This document shows, piece after piece, positions 40,535 to 54,732 of a stretch of 64,000 bases of DNA. The DNA is from Octopus vulgaris. Lineage: Eukaryota. Under the pieces are notes generated by a model that saw nothing but the letters and a program-made list of their open reading frames with translations, was not told the origin of the DNA and searched no databases. The stretch lies in NCBI GenBank assembly GCA_951406725.2, contig OX597824.1:72974001-73038000 (forward strand), given 5' to 3'. Positions within the stretch are counted from its first letter, which is position 1. Each line of letters starts with the position of its first letter. Both the position numbers and the translations under genes were made by a program.

Positions 40535-41238
40535 GTATGTATTTGTCTATGATGCATGTATGTATGTATACGACGGGTTCCTTTCATTTTTCTTCTACCA
40601 AATCCACTAACAAGCTTTGGGGAAGCCTGGGGTCATAGTCAAAAATAATCGCCCAAGGTATCACGCAATGGAACAGGATCCGGAACTTTGCAACCGGGAA
40701 GCAAACGTGACCATCAGCTTTTTATTTTTCCGCTCAAATTATAGATACTATGAACGTTTGATTTACCGGTGTCACTGCCCAATTTTTGAGATTTTAAAGC
40801 TATTTTATCAGTTGAATAAACAAACGTTTTTTTTTTCGGGTTTTTATAAATAATTATTGAAACACCGCGTCTTTTATTGGTGCTGCCATTTTTTCCAACT
40901 TTATGCGTATCTACTTTTTCCTTAATACTACGCCATTTTCAACGCTCTCATTTCTCCTTCATTTTTTCTTGATCGAAAGAAAGTAAATTGCAGTTTGTGG
41001 GAGTTATGTCTGCGACATCTGAAAATAAATGTTATAATAACATTTACTGTCAAATGGTGAATGATATTGTTTATGGTTGTGTGGATGGTGTTTGTTTAAT
41101 AGTTTCTCAACAGAAAGCAGAAACACACACTAACAATTCATATTGCACACGTCCGAGAGTACAAATGTATGTTTATATATTTATACACACACATACACGC
41201 AGTACACACACACACACACGCACGCATACACACACACA

Positions 41239-41290
<52 letters not shown>

Positions 41291-41769
41291 CACACATGCT
41301 TGTGTATATGTTTGTATATTTGAGTGTATGTATATATCTATCCTTGTGTACATGTTAGTGTATTTATATGCATGTATGTATATGTATGTATGTATGTACG
41401 TATGTATATATGTAGGTATGCATGTAGGTAGGTAGGTAGGTATATAAGTAGGTAGATAGATAGGTAGGTATTCATGTATGTACACACACGCGCAAACGGG
41501 CGTACTGGTCAACATAAAATAGTGTGTGTGTGCATATATATGTATGTATATATTTATATATACATATTTATATATACACATACACACACACATACATAGA
41601 CATGTATATGTATTTCTGTATGTATGTATGTATGTATGTAAGTATACATACCCACACAGTCACTGAGTACTGGTCAACAGTCTGAATACACTGATAAATA
41701 TATGGTTTTATACTGCAATTGAAGATGTAGATGAAAAATAAATAGTATATTTTATAATAATGGTATGCA

Positions 41770-41905
41770 CAGAGCTAGCAGTTTTGATGGGAGGGGCTTG
41801 GTTGATGCTATCATGTCCAGTACTTGACTGATATATTTTATCGACCCTGGATGAATGAAAGGAGAAGCTGACCCCGGTTGGGATTTGAACTCAGAACGTA
41901 AAGAA
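41770..41905 (-). mobile_element. Degraded family-B SINE
   Basis: TTTATCGACCC..GGATGAATGAAAGG..GGATTTGAACTCAGAACGTAA. Confidence 0.6.
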
Positions 41906-42806
41906 TCAGAACGGATTTTATAAGGATTAGAACGTTGCAGAAAAGAATCGCAAAACTGATTCTTCAAGCCGATTCAACCAGCAAGTGACTTGGGGGGTAG
42001 TCACGCTTGGGAATTCAACCAGAAAGTGTAATAACGATTGATTCTGAGAGGAGGTGTCCAAGAACTCTACCCCAACGACCCTCTCAAGAGTAGTGGGCAG
42101 AGAATATGGATGGATGGATTGATGGATAAACAAAGTACAGTGATCCCTCACCATATCACGGTTCATTATTTAAGCTTACGTCGAATCCTCTGTGGTGTTG
42201 CTTTGCATTTATAATTAAATAAATATGTACAAATTATAAAAATGATAAGAAAAGAATATCCAGTACAATACTGTTTCTACTTCGCGAATTTTCCCCTATC
42301 ACGGGGGCTTTGGAAGGTAACGTCCGTGATAGTCGACAAGCAACAATGTCACAATTCTCAATTCTTCGTATGATATCCCTTTGCTTTCCAATACGGCATA
42401 TGTGTCATCAGGTGTGCTTTCAACTAAATTTTTGAGCGTTGGCTAGAAGAATATTGAGCTTTATTTGATAACCAGTTGATCTGGCAAGCGGGGCCTCATA
42501 TCAGTGAGGGGGGGGGGGTGGCGGTGCGCATTGATGCCGTCGAGAGGTAGGCCCCGAAACGGCGCGCATTCTCCCCCTGATGACCCCATACACTTGCTGG
42601 CTTCCGGTATGCGGAGTTCTTGACTGGTAGCACTTGCATGTGCAAGTTGTTTGCAAGACATCTGGAGTTTTCTGGCAATGGTACGACTGTATGGTTGAGA
42701 AGTTCGCTTCACAACAACGTTGCTTTCGTTTCGAGAGATACTGGGCGACATCTTGAGCATGTGTCTTCTACTGTAGCCCTGGATTAATCAATACTTTCTG
42801 AGTGAA

Positions 42807-42846
<40 letters not shown>

Positions 42847-42848
42847 AG

Positions 42849-42889
<41 letters not shown>

Positions 42890-43235
42890 CAAACACACAC
42901 ACATACATTATATATACATCTTAATTATGTAAGAGATAAATTGAGAAGATTACATAGTGATTCAACATACAATTATATAACCATGGCAGAAAAATCCGCC
43001 GAAATGCGTATATATTTTATAAACCATAAAATACTCATAATCCGTACACATTTTTTCTCTCTCCACTTTATTTTGTTCTTTCTCTATTTTTTCCCTCTCA
43101 GAATTTTCTATCGAAGTGCGTAGGCTCAAAATGTCAGAGACTTTTCCATTCTTTCCGAGTTTCTGAGCGTTAAAATAATACATTTTCTTGTTATTCCTTC
43201 ACGTGTTTTCTTCTTTTATTTTCTGTAAATTTGAA

Positions 43236-43332
<97 letters not shown>

Positions 43333-43551
43333 GATAACAATTCAAATAAACAGATAAAACTTTGTGTTTTAATGTACAAAATATATATACATCTATACAT
43401 GTAAAAAGAGAAGGCATACTTAAAATTTTCAGATGATCAACAATCAAGGACTTCACGGTAAAGATATCGGAATGTAAGTTCAAATCATTTGTACGCTACT
43501 AAATGTTTATATATTGAGATTCTCTCGATCTCAACTGTTAATTCTCTCTCT

Positions 43552-43591
<40 letters not shown>

Positions 43592-43947
43592 GTGTGTGTG
43601 TGTGTTTGTGTGTTTGTGTGTGTGTGTGTGTGTGTATGTATGTGTGTGTGTGCGTGTGTGTGTGTGTGCGCGCTGGCGTATTTATATATAAAATACAAAA
43701 TGGGCGAACGCAAAACATCCAGATAGACGAAACAAAGAAAACAAGGACGGGCCATTCGGAGTTTTCTTTCCTTAGTCGAGTTCCAGATTATCTTTGCAAT
43801 TTCGGCTGGTTATACTTGAGATCGCTCCAATCAGGCCACACCCAAGGAAAAACTAAGCTAAGAGCATTAGATTCCTTGGAAGAAAGCAGCGAATGTATAC
43901 GAAAACAAGGACGAAAAAAAACGGAGAATGTTACACAAATACAAATA

Positions 43948-44356
43948 GGCGCAGGAGTGGCTGTGTGGTAAGTAGCTTGCTAACCAACCACATGGTTCCG
44001 GGTTCAGTTCCACTGCGTGGCATCTTGGGCAAGTGTCTTCTACTATAGCCCCGGGCCGACCAATGCTTTGTGAGTGGATTTGGTAGACGGAAACTGAAAG
44101 AAGCATGTCGTATATATATGTATGTGTGTGTATTTGTGTGTGTGTGTGTTTGTTCCCCTAGCATTGCTTGACAACCGATGCTGGTGTGTTTACGTCCCCG
44201 TCACTTAGCGGTTCGGCAAAAAGAGACCGATAGAATAAGTACTGGGCTTACAAAAAGAATAAGTCCCGGGGTCGATTTGCTCGACTAAAGGCGGTGCTCC
44301 AGCATGGCCGCAGTCAAATGACTGAAACAAGTAAAAGAGTACAAGAGTAAAAGAGT
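43948..44356 (+). mobile_element. SINE family A, full length, nested in an older remnant
   Basis: TSD AAATACAAATA. Confidence 0.92.
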
Positions 44357-44847
44357 AAATACAAATAACAGGACATAACAACAGGTGTCTTTCGACTAAG
44401 GACGAATTAAATCAAGCTGGCGTGTGTGGAAGTAAAGCCTAACGGCAGGGATACAAGATTTCACAGGCACGGGAAGGAATATAGATGTTGCACGGATGGT
44501 AGTCGAACCAAGAAAGAAAGGTCAGGCTTGGCCGAACACCGGTCACGTGGGGAGAGAAGAGAGAGAGGTAGAGGCAGAGGGACAGAAGAAATAAGGAGGA
44601 GCGAGAAAAAATGACAGGGACACAGTGAAGTGAAAAGAGGAGGGAAAGTGAGCATGAAGACAAGGCAAGGAAATGCGAGAGAGGGTGAACGAGAGAACGA
44701 AGAGTGGAATGAACGAAGTAAGCGTGAAAGGGCTGGCTGATAGAAAGAAGGAAAGAATAAAAGAATAGAAAGAATAGAGTCGTACAAGATTTAGATAAAT
44801 ATATACTTACATATAAGAGACCAAAGTGTACGTACGCCGCTATGTTT

Positions 44848-45237
44848 TCTTTATATATAAAAGTAAGGTTGTGTGTCTGTCTACTCCGATTTAGATTCCT
44901 AACTACTCCCACATTTTGCGGTGCAGTTTAACCAAAACCGGGTATCTTATAGTCGTGATTCATATCGAACCGTTCTGGGTATTAGCGCGCGTCTACGATG
45001 AGTCTACGATTTTAAAAATAATTTACCATCATTTTTTTCCATTTTAATGCATATTTTTTTAAAGGGAAGTAACTCTCTAAAAATGTCTACGATGAGTCAA
45101 CGATTTAAGAAAAAATTTACTATCATATTTTTTCCATTTTTAATGCATTTTTTTGCTATTTTTTGGCTATAACTCTCTAAAAATGCTTTATAGTTATTTT
45201 CCTTACAAACCCGAGCAACGCCGGGCGATACTGCTAG
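44848..45237 (+). mobile_element. Non-autonomous Helitron monomer, long variant
   Basis: Same family as 11578 and 38488; TC start, hairpin plus CTAG|T end. Confidence 0.9.
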
Positions 45238-45494
45238 TTATATATAAAAAATACAAAATGGGACAAGAACGCAAAAGATCCAGACACTTAGGTGATACAA
45301 AAAAGGGACAATAAAACATCCAGATAGACGATACAAAGAAAACAAGGACGAGGCATTCGGAATTTTATATATATATATATTGTTGTTTTTGGGGATGGTC
45401 ATGTTGCCAATCTGTTTCAACACACGGATTCACATCAAGAATCTTGGAAAACGAATATATAAATGTGTATACATGCATACATAATACATAATAC

Positions 45495-45526
<32 letters not shown>

Positions 45527-45553
45527 GTGTGTGTGTGTATATGTGGATATATT

Positions 45554-45663
<110 letters not shown>

Positions 45664-45893
45664 ATATATATATATATATATACATAAATTAATAAAATAT
45701 ATACATTCAATATTAGATATGTACATATATACACAAGGGTACTACATGAGTACCTATATCGCTCATGATAGAAGTCAGAAAATACTTCAGTACCACCGAA
45801 TAATCACAAATCTATTACAGACAAGACAGGAAAAAATATCAGTGAACAATAATAATGTCTTACCTCAAATGGGTTAGAACAAGAAAATGCTGG

Positions 45894-45954
45894 TCAACCT
45901 GGTACCGATTTCGAAATTTAGCGCCAAATAGACGATTACTCATCAGCCAGCTAA
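45894..45954 (-). ncRNA. Type I hammerhead ribozyme, intact core
   Basis: CUGG-CUGAUGA-GUAAU-CGUC(UAUUU)GGCG..AUUUC-GAAA-UCG-GUA-CCAG; stem I CUGG/CCAG. Confidence 0.7.
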
Positions 45955-46509
45955 ATTACTACTAACATTTCCCCCCATCATGCCTGCAAAAGTTCGTTTG
46001 AGGTGACCAAGCTCCGTAGGAACAAACGAAATGTGTAAAAATTATTTATAAATATAAGGGTGGTATTATTAAAATACCATCACAAGTGGTAAGCGAATTA
46101 TTAGCCGTACAGGCAAATTAATAAAATATATACATACAATATTAGATATGTACATATATACAAATTTGCTTCTGCGGGAAGGGCTGTTTCAATGAAGTCG
46201 TGTCTCGCATTTACCTTCGAAACGCGGAGTAGAAGAAACAGAGGCGGTTGAAGAAGGGGAATATTCCTTGTGTTGTATGTCTTGTACTCTATTTTTTCGT
46301 TGTTTAAGAAAAATGTCCATTTCCTTGGTTTTGTGTTTATGTTTTCGTTTCTCATTATGTTCGACGTTTTTTTGGTGTCCTGTACCTATATATGCATGTA
46401 TATATATACATATAGATGTAGGTACGTACATGTATGTATGTATATATTCATGTTTTATTTATTATTTTGTTATTATATGATAGAACGCACGCATCCACTT
46501 CTAAGTAAG

Positions 46510-46578
<69 letters not shown>

Positions 46579-47166
46579 CACACTCACCCCCCCACATATA
46601 TATATATATATATACGTAAGTGTTGAACGATGAAAATGGGTACTCAACACCGCATTGGTGGACGTTAACAAAAGTAGGAAAATATCTTAATATTTTAATT
46701 GTTCAAGCCGATCACATAGATGAATGGTGTTCATCTCCATTTTGGAAGTGTGTATATATATATATATATATACGTATACACAGACACATACACATATATA
46801 CATATACGTATACATATATATATAAATGCGTATGTATATGTGTGTAGTGTGTGTTTATTTATGTAAGTATGTACGTATGTATACAAGCATTCATATACGG
46901 CAAGGCAAACAATAGAAACAAAACATAACTAAACCCCCATAAAAAAAAACATTGTGTACTGTAAAACGTAGTAATATCTGTCCTTGAGCTATAAACCATC
47001 AACAACAGCTGACGTAAGCATTAACAATCGCCATTGGAACGAAACCACTCACAGCAAGACATGACATTCATAACACTACTTTACTATAGACGGGCTTACA
47101 TGACCTTATATTACACCAACAACGCAATCAAGGTGTTTTCTACGTAAACACTGAATCTGCTAGAAA

Positions 47167-47606
47167 TCTCTCTATATATAAATGGCAGTTTGTCTGTCTG
47201 TGTGTCTGTGTGTCTGTTAGGTTGTACCCTCACCCTGACCACGGCTTTCAACCGATTCTGATGAAACTTGACACACACATAGCCCAATGTCATAATTCAA
47301 AACTAACGCAGCGAAAATTTTGAAAAGTTCCTCCAGTTCTGAAAAAAATCGATAAATTCGACATGGGGTCGAGAATCTAAGCTTTTTATATGCAACACAT
47401 TTTCTGTCTAGGGGACACAACTCGACCTTTTTATCGCCCAAAGGGACAGCTAGGAACATCGTATACACAGAAGTATTCGAGTGAAGGGAAGACATTGCAA
47501 CCTACACATGCGCCTTCGTTCCCTAGAAGGAAAGGACTAGATTGGGATTAGTCGTTGCCTACTAGGGGCTCTTACATACCCGGGCAACGCTGGGCTATGC
47601 TGCTAG
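47167..47606 (+). mobile_element. Non-autonomous Helitron, second family
   Basis: A|TCTCTCTATATATAAA...CCCGGGCAACGCTGGG..CTAG|T. Confidence 0.85.
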
Positions 47607-47688
47607 TAGTAGATAAAATAGTTGCCATTTTATCTACTATTTCTTGCAAACATCTCTCGGAAAATACTCTATCATCTTAAAAGGATAT

Positions 47689-48076
47689 TTGGATTGGAAG
47701 CACTCCGTCGGTTACGACGACGAGGGTTCCGGTTGATCCGAATCAACAGAACAGCCTGCTCATGAAATTAACGTGTAAGTGGCTGAGCACTCCACAGACA
47801 CGTGTACCCTTAACGTAGTTCTCGGGGATATTCAGCGTGACACAGAGAGTGACAAGGCCGGCCCCTTGAAATACAGGTACAACAGAAACAGGAAGTAAGA
47901 GTGAGAGAAAGTTGTGGTGAAAGAGTACAGCAGGGATCACCACCATCCCCTGCCAGAGCCTCGTGGAGCTTTAGGTGTTTTCGCTCAATAAACACTCACA
48001 ACGCCCGGTCTGGGAATCGAAACCGCGATCCTATGACCGTGAGTCCGCTGCCCTAACCACTGGGCCATTGCTCCTC
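47689..48076 (-). mobile_element. tRNA-derived SINE family C, full length
   Basis: A box TGGCCCAGTGG, B box GTTTCGATTCC; TSD TAAAAGGATAT. Confidence 0.9.
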
Positions 48077-48344
48077 TAAAAGGATATAATGATATCCTCA
48101 ATGGAGTCGCTTGATCTAATAGTAATAACAGCAAAGCCTCAATCAAATCATGAAATTATTAAAAAAAAAAGCAACAACAAAACATGTAGTTTGGCACCCT
48201 TTATGTGGTCGCTCGGATAGCTAGAATATAACAGTAAAATTTCCCGTATCACATTATATAATCTTAAAATTGGTGCCCTATATGTGGCTACTCAAAAAGA
48301 TGGACAAAGTTGTCGAATATTCCTCGATTCACAACTTAACATTC

Positions 48345-48759
48345 TTTATTCTTTTATTCTTTTATTCTTTTACTTGTTTCAGTCATTTGACTGCGGCCAT
48401 GCTGGAGCACCACCTTTTAATCGAGCAACTCGACCCCGGGACTTATTCTTTTGTAAGCCCAGTACTTATTCTATCGGCCTCTTTTGCCGAACCGCTAAGT
48501 AACGGGGACATAAACACACCTGCATCGGTTGTCAAGCAATGCTAGGGGGACAAACACAGGCACACAAACGCACACACGCATATATATACATATATACGAC
48601 GGGCTTCTTTCAGTTTCCGTCTACCAAATCCACTCACAAGGCTTTGGTCGGCCCGAGGCTATAGTAGAAGACACTTGCCCAAGGTGCCACGCAGTGGGAC
48701 TGAACCTGGAACCATGTGGTTGGTAAACAAGCTACTTACCACACAGCCACTCCTGCGCC
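48345..48759 (-). mobile_element. SINE family A, full length
   Basis: Reverse complement of the family A consensus. Confidence 0.92.
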
Positions 48760-48887
48760 TATAGTGTAGGTTTTGTTAATATGTTAACAAAAAAAAATAA
48801 ATAAATAAAAGAGAGACATGTTGACACCCAGCCACCACGAAGTCGGTTGAGCTAGAAGCCATATATCTATCAAATAACGTTTGTCAC

Positions 48888-48926
<39 letters not shown>

Positions 48927-49098
48927 CCGGTGAGCGGCAACGTGAAACTCTGAGTAGCAGCTTTTTTTTTGTGATGTTCTTGCAGGTATAATATAAAAAA
49001 GCATATTACTCTACCTCCGGTATTAGAGTACTATTTTTTCCACCTTGTTTTGCTTATTCGTGTGTAAACACATACACACACACATACACACACACGTG

Positions 49099-49168
<70 letters not shown>

Positions 49169-49453
49169 GGTCAACAGGAGAAATTCCAAAATTCTCTATA
49201 TAGAAAACACTTTGTAGCGCTCAAATGATCTGAACTAACACTCGGAAATCTTTACCGAAATCTCTACCGTTCGGCAGAAAAAAAAAAGACCCCGACAGAA
49301 TAAGTGCCAGGCTTAAATAAGTATTAGGGACTTGAGCCATTTGTTCAACTAAACTTTTCGCGGTGGTTGCTTAGCGTGGCCGCAGTCCAATAACTGAAAC
49401 AAATAAAAACTAAAAGATAAAGACTACTAAATATTAGCATTTAATATCATATA

Positions 49454-50925
49454 TTAGGTCGAGTCATAAATAATTTCCGTCTTTTGGACGTAAATTGTAA
49501 TGACACATTTCCAACATCAGATATTTAAAACTGAAATGAAAGCTGTCGTTTTTAAAAGAGCCTCATCTGTCATTCTTATTTAAGTAGTGAAAGCATGCAA
49601 ATCAAAGTTCAATATTAAATTTAACTCTCCTAAGATGGTTGAACTGAAAATACATATCCGACTAGCTATTTTGACCCGTGTTTAGCTCGGGTTTTGGTTG
49701 TGATGGCAACCAAACGGTAGCCCCGAGCGACTTGCAACCCTTCTCACACCATTGCCCACTCCATTTTACCCGCCAATGTAAATTTTGGCTCCAATCCGAC
49801 TCCATCTACTGCCACTTAAACCGTTCCCATCCCAAAATGAGACAAATAACCAAGAAATCAAACAACTTTTTCGCATTTCAGCTTTATAGATATTGATATG
49901 TGATGTTGTGTGAGTTTAAGAATGGAAATACGCCACAGAAGCGGTAAAGTAAATACGCAGTGTTTACGGCAAGTGCGAAATTGGTTTTCAAAGTTTCGTA
50001 CCGGAGATTTGTCACTGACAGATCAACTCAGACCAGGACGCTTATCAGATTTCGATCAAGATGCTTTAAGAGAATTAGTGGAATTAAATCCTCGTAAAAG
50101 TACTCGGGAATTAGCATTTGACCTCAACACATCCCAATCCACCATCTGTCACCGCTTGGAAAAGATAGGGAAAATCAGCAAGCTGGGTGTTTGGATTCTC
50201 CATGCATTTAGTGAGAAGAATAGAGAAGACCGCATGTCCATAACAAGTCTTCCTCCAAGGCAGAGAGATGATCCGTTTCTCAATAATATCATTATAGGTG
50301 ATGAAAAACGCGTCTTTTATGGCAATGTTCAACGCAAAAGGCAATGGATTGACAAGGACAAATCTCAAGAACCTACCCCAAAGAAAAGTCTGAGCTCCAT
50401 AGAAGGAAGATTGTGTTGTGTGTAAGGTGTAATCAAACACTAAATACCGACTATACTCTCAACAGTTGCAACGTGTGCATGAAAATCTTTTATGAAAACG
50501 CCCTGCACTCGTCAATAGGAGAAACGTTGTGCTTCTCTACGATAACGCAAGACTACATTCGGCAAGAATTACGCTAGATAAAATATTAGATTTTATCTAG
50601 CGTAAAATCAGTTCTGGTCAGTTCTACCCCACCTACCATATTCACCAGACCTTGTATTAACTGGTGTCCATCTTTTTCGCTCTCAACAAAATGCTCTGCG
50701 GGGAAAACAATTTTTCTCAAGAAGATCAGGTGAAAACATGTGGAAAGCTTTTTCATGTCAAAGCCAGCTGAATTTTACTCGAGAGGAATCAAAGAGCTAC
50801 CTGATAAACAGCAAGAGGTCATTCAAAATAATGGCAGCTGTACTGATAATTGAAAATGATTATTTGTAAGAATTTTTCATGATTAAAAGTGTTTAACAAA
50901 ATCGGAAATTATTTGATTCAACATG
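49454..50925 (+). mobile_element. Mariner transposon, full length but decayed (transposase pseudogene)
   Basis: TIRs TTAGGTCGAGTCATAAATAATTTCCG / CGGAAATTATTTGATTCAAC with TA flanks; VRNWFSKFRTGD, KLGVWILH, IGDEKRVFYGN, LYDNARLH, HLPYSPDL motifs with stops and frameshifts. Confidence 0.92.
49662..49896 (-). mobile_element. Short Helitron nested in the mariner ORF
   Basis: Minus strand TC...hairpin CCCGAGC..CGGG..CTAG; removing it rejoins CGA|TAT to give MVELKIHIR-YVMLCEFKNGN. Confidence 0.82.
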
Positions 50926-51130
50926 TATTTACTTAGTATTGAAAAAAGGATGATGTGAACATTTTTTTTTCTTTCATGAGATTTTGAGTTTATTTTGATT
51001 TCGTCAAGATTTTCGTGTCTGGGATTAAATTATTTTCTGAGAGTAGCAGGAAGTTCTTTATATTTCAATTTTTCAATTGTGAGTTTTTATCATTATCGAT
51101 TTGTTTTTATCATTATCGTTATAGTTATAT

Positions 51131-51445
51131 GGCGGCGAGCTGGCAGAAAAGTTAGCATGTCGGACGAAATGTTTAGCGGTATTTCGTCTGCCGCTACATT
51201 CTGAGTTCAAATTCCGCCGAGGTCGACTTTGCCTTTCATCCTTTCGGGGTCGATTAAATAAGTACCAGTTACGCACTGGGGTCGATCTTATCGACTTAAT
51301 CCGTTTGTCTGTCCTTGTTTGTCCCCTCTATGTGTAGCCCCTTGTGGGCAGTAAAGAAATAGGTACTTCGTCTGCCGTTACGTACTGGGGTCGATCTAAT
51401 CAACTTGACCCCTTCCACAAAATTTCAGGCCGTGTGCCTAGAGTA
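51131..51445 (+). mobile_element. SINE family B
   Basis: GGCGGCGAGCTGGCAG head, B box, CORE-like domain, partial second unit. Confidence 0.9.
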
Positions 51446-52039
51446 GAAAAAAAGTATGTTAAAATATTTCATTAATCCACATAGTAATATTTGCAAATGT
51501 ACATACAATAAATTAATGGAATAACGTTCAATGAATATAACGATTCGAAATCTGTAATACAACTTGTTAGACAACATTATGAAAGTAGTACAAAGATTTA
51601 GTTCACTGCATACAAAGTTCATATGCGTTACTCGAAACAAGTTAAAGTGGACGTCTTTTGTCGAGTACGATATAATAATATTTTATAAGAAAACTAAAAG
51701 AGACGGAGAGGGACCAACTCGCTGCAACAAGAGACATATTATCCCCTGGACTGTTCAGCAGCTCTCTAATCAGAGATCGAACTTGCCAGCTGTTTAGCCA
51801 AACTGCTAAGCGAGAAAACTCACTGTGTTACTTTGAAGTTTGCCTTGTCAACCAACGTTAAGTAAACCATTGTTGATTGGTCGAACCATATCCAAGTTAT
51901 TAGTGCCATAAATAGCGTTGATACCATTTACAGTGAGACTTTTCCTTTTATGGAGATACATCAGTTCATGGTTATAGACTGGGAAAAATCTGAGAGCTGT
52001 GGATCAAATATCATTTGGGTCCTTTCTATTTATCTGGCT

Positions 52040-52369
52040 AGCAAGAAAGAAAAAAAGAAAGAAGGAAGGATGGAAGGAAGGAAGGAAAGAGAGAAGGAAA
52101 GGAAGAAGGAAAGGAAGGAAGGAAAGAAGGAAAGAAAGAAGGAAAGGAAGGAAGGAAGGAAGGAAGAAAAGAAAGAAAGAATGAAAGAAGAAAGGAAGGA
52201 AGGAAGGAAAGAAAGAAAGAAAGAAAGAAGAAGGAAGGAAAGAAGAAAGGAAGGAAAGAAGGAAAGAAGGAAAGAAAGAAGGAAGGAAGGAAAGAAAGAA
52301 AGAAAGAAGGAAGGAAGGAAGGAAAGAAGGAAAGAAGGAAGGGAGGAAAGAAGGAAAGAAAGAAAGAAG

Positions 52370-52423
<54 letters not shown>

Positions 52424-52440
52424 CAGATAGATAGATAGAT
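52040..52440. repeat. Purine tract (GAAG/GAAA)n plus (GATA)n
   Basis: Directly visible. Confidence 0.95.
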
Positions 52441-53007
52441 TAGAGTTTAAAACGTGGGTTTCCTTACAGTTTATCTGTTTAAATCTCATCCTTTCACACT
52501 GCCTCAACATTTCATTTATCGTTTTCATTTCTCAATCGTTAATTTCTTAATTGTAATTTCCTTACATCTTAATTTCTTTACATCTTTTCCGTTTGGATGC
52601 CAATTTCAATATCTGTTCGAATTGATTTCATATTCAGTGTAATGATACAGTTTAAGAAGTTAATCAATGCCATGAAAATAATTTTCGCTATAAATCAACA
52701 AATAAAGAGTTATTAGTTATTAAAGTTTTAAAATTTGGGGCAAGTTTAGCCAATCGTAAGCCACAGACACATTCATGCCTGTTTCCATAGTGACAAGCCA
52801 AACATGAGAACTCCTTTGTCTGCGAGAAAGCACGTGTTGACAAATATATTGAAACCACTTGTTGACGCTGTGTTCTACTGTTTTACTCACCAAAATGCAT
52901 ATCAAATGCTTAAATGTTTTTTTTATATTTAATTTGTCATATGCTGTTTATTGCATTAAATGCATATTGAATGCTTAAAACTATAAAGACGTGTTATTTA
53001 CTCATTT

Positions 53008-53230
53008 ACCTATTTCTTTATTACCCACAAGGGGCTAAACACAGAGGGGACAAACAAGGACAGACATAGGTATTAAGTCGATTACATCGACCCCAATGCG
53101 TAACTGGTACTTAATTTATCGACCCCGAAAGGATGAAAGGCAAAGTCGACCTCGGCGGAATTTGAACTCACAACGTAACGCAGACAAAATACCGCTAAGC
53201 ATTTCGCCCGTCGTGCTAACGTTTCTGCCC
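53008..53230 (-). mobile_element. SINE family B
   Basis: Near-identical to 32111-32341. Confidence 0.9.
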
Positions 53231-54330
53231 GCGTATAGAATACAAATATTGACAACACTATTTTTCAGGATGTTGACAAAATGTGCTGTCATGGCAGCTT
53301 CCTAATTCTGTTCCCTGACTGGGTGGAAATGATCAAACTTGAAACCTCTAGAACTTAAAAAAAAAAATTTCTTGTGAAAGTGAAATAACTCCAGCAATTC
53401 AGCACAGAAAACTACACAAATGTACCAAATTCTAAAATTTTCGATAAACTTTAATTTTTGAAACCTTGGCAGCCAAACGGAAAAGATCCCTTTCTTTTAT
53501 TTGTTCATTTTCCCTGTCATTTTCACAAGTACTAACATCTTTTAGCTTAGTGTTCCCGGTTTTATTCTGATACTATACTTCAAACTCCCCTTTGCCCGTT
53601 CACCTTCCCAATCTCTCCTACTAACGGCGTTACCCTGTTGTTTCTCTGTACAAGATTTTGTTAAAAATGTCCGCCCTTTTGTCTTCCAGTGAAGTGACTG
53701 AAAAATGCATGTCACGTAGATTCGTCTAAAATTGCTTTGACAGAACACTTTCAAATACTGTTGTGTCTGGGGAGAGTCATTTTCTTTTTGTGCCTTATAA
53801 TGTAACACACTCACCGGTAAAATTTCCACTTATTTCTTATTTTTATTTTCCTAAAATTTTCGTTGCGTCTTGCAACCTTTTCAATAGTCTTGACTCTCCA
53901 AATTCAAAAACGAAATACTTTCAAATACGTTCTATATATAATCAACAAAACATCTTGCAAAAATTTAGAGATAAGGCCACACAGTTTCTTCTCCACCAAA
54001 TAAATGTTTCATTTTAAAAATTTGTTTTATTACCAACGCTTCATGCAATTTCCGAGGACACTTACTCCTTTTACCACCAAAGTTTCACAGCTTCTTTCAA
54101 TAAATTTTTTTTTTTCTTCTTTTGATTCATACTTTTTTCTTCGACCATACATTGTTTCCGCGACTCACATACAAACACTTCATCCTTTCGCGGTTGAGAA
54201 AGTTAGTACCAGTTATGCACTGGAATCGATGTAATCGACTTATCTACTTCCCGAAATTACTGACATCGCACCAAAATTTGAAGCCATTATTGTTGTTGTT
54301 GTTGTTAATGGTAGTTGTTGATGTTATTGA

Positions 54331-54732
54331 GGCGGCGAGCTGGCAGAAACGTTAGCACGCTGGGCGAAATGCATAGCGTATTTCGTCTGCCTCTGCGTTC
54401 TGAGTTCAAATTCCGCCGAGGTCGACTTTGCCTTTCATCCTTTCGGGGTTGATTAAATAAGTACCAGTTACGCACTGGTGTTGATATAATCAACTTAATC
54501 CGTTTGTCTGTCCTTGTTTGTCCCCTCTGTGCTTAGCCCCTTGTGGGTAGTAAAGAAATAGGTATTTCGTCAGCGGTTACGTTCTGAGTTCAAATTCCGC
54601 CGAGGTTGACTTTGCCTTTCATCCTTTCGGGGTCGATTAAATTAGTACCAGTTACGCACTGGGGTCGATATAATTGACTTAATCCGTTTGTCCACTCTTT
54701 GCGTAGCCCCTTGTGGACAGTAAAGAAATAAG
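54331..54732 (+). mobile_element. SINE family B, tandem dimer
   Basis: One head followed by two B-box/CORE/tail units joined at AAATAGGTATTTCGTC. Confidence 0.9.

Noticed and set aside
42530-42625. GC-rich stretch with GAAACGGC and CTGATGA
   Set aside because: Motifs do not assemble into any hammerhead topology; origin unresolved
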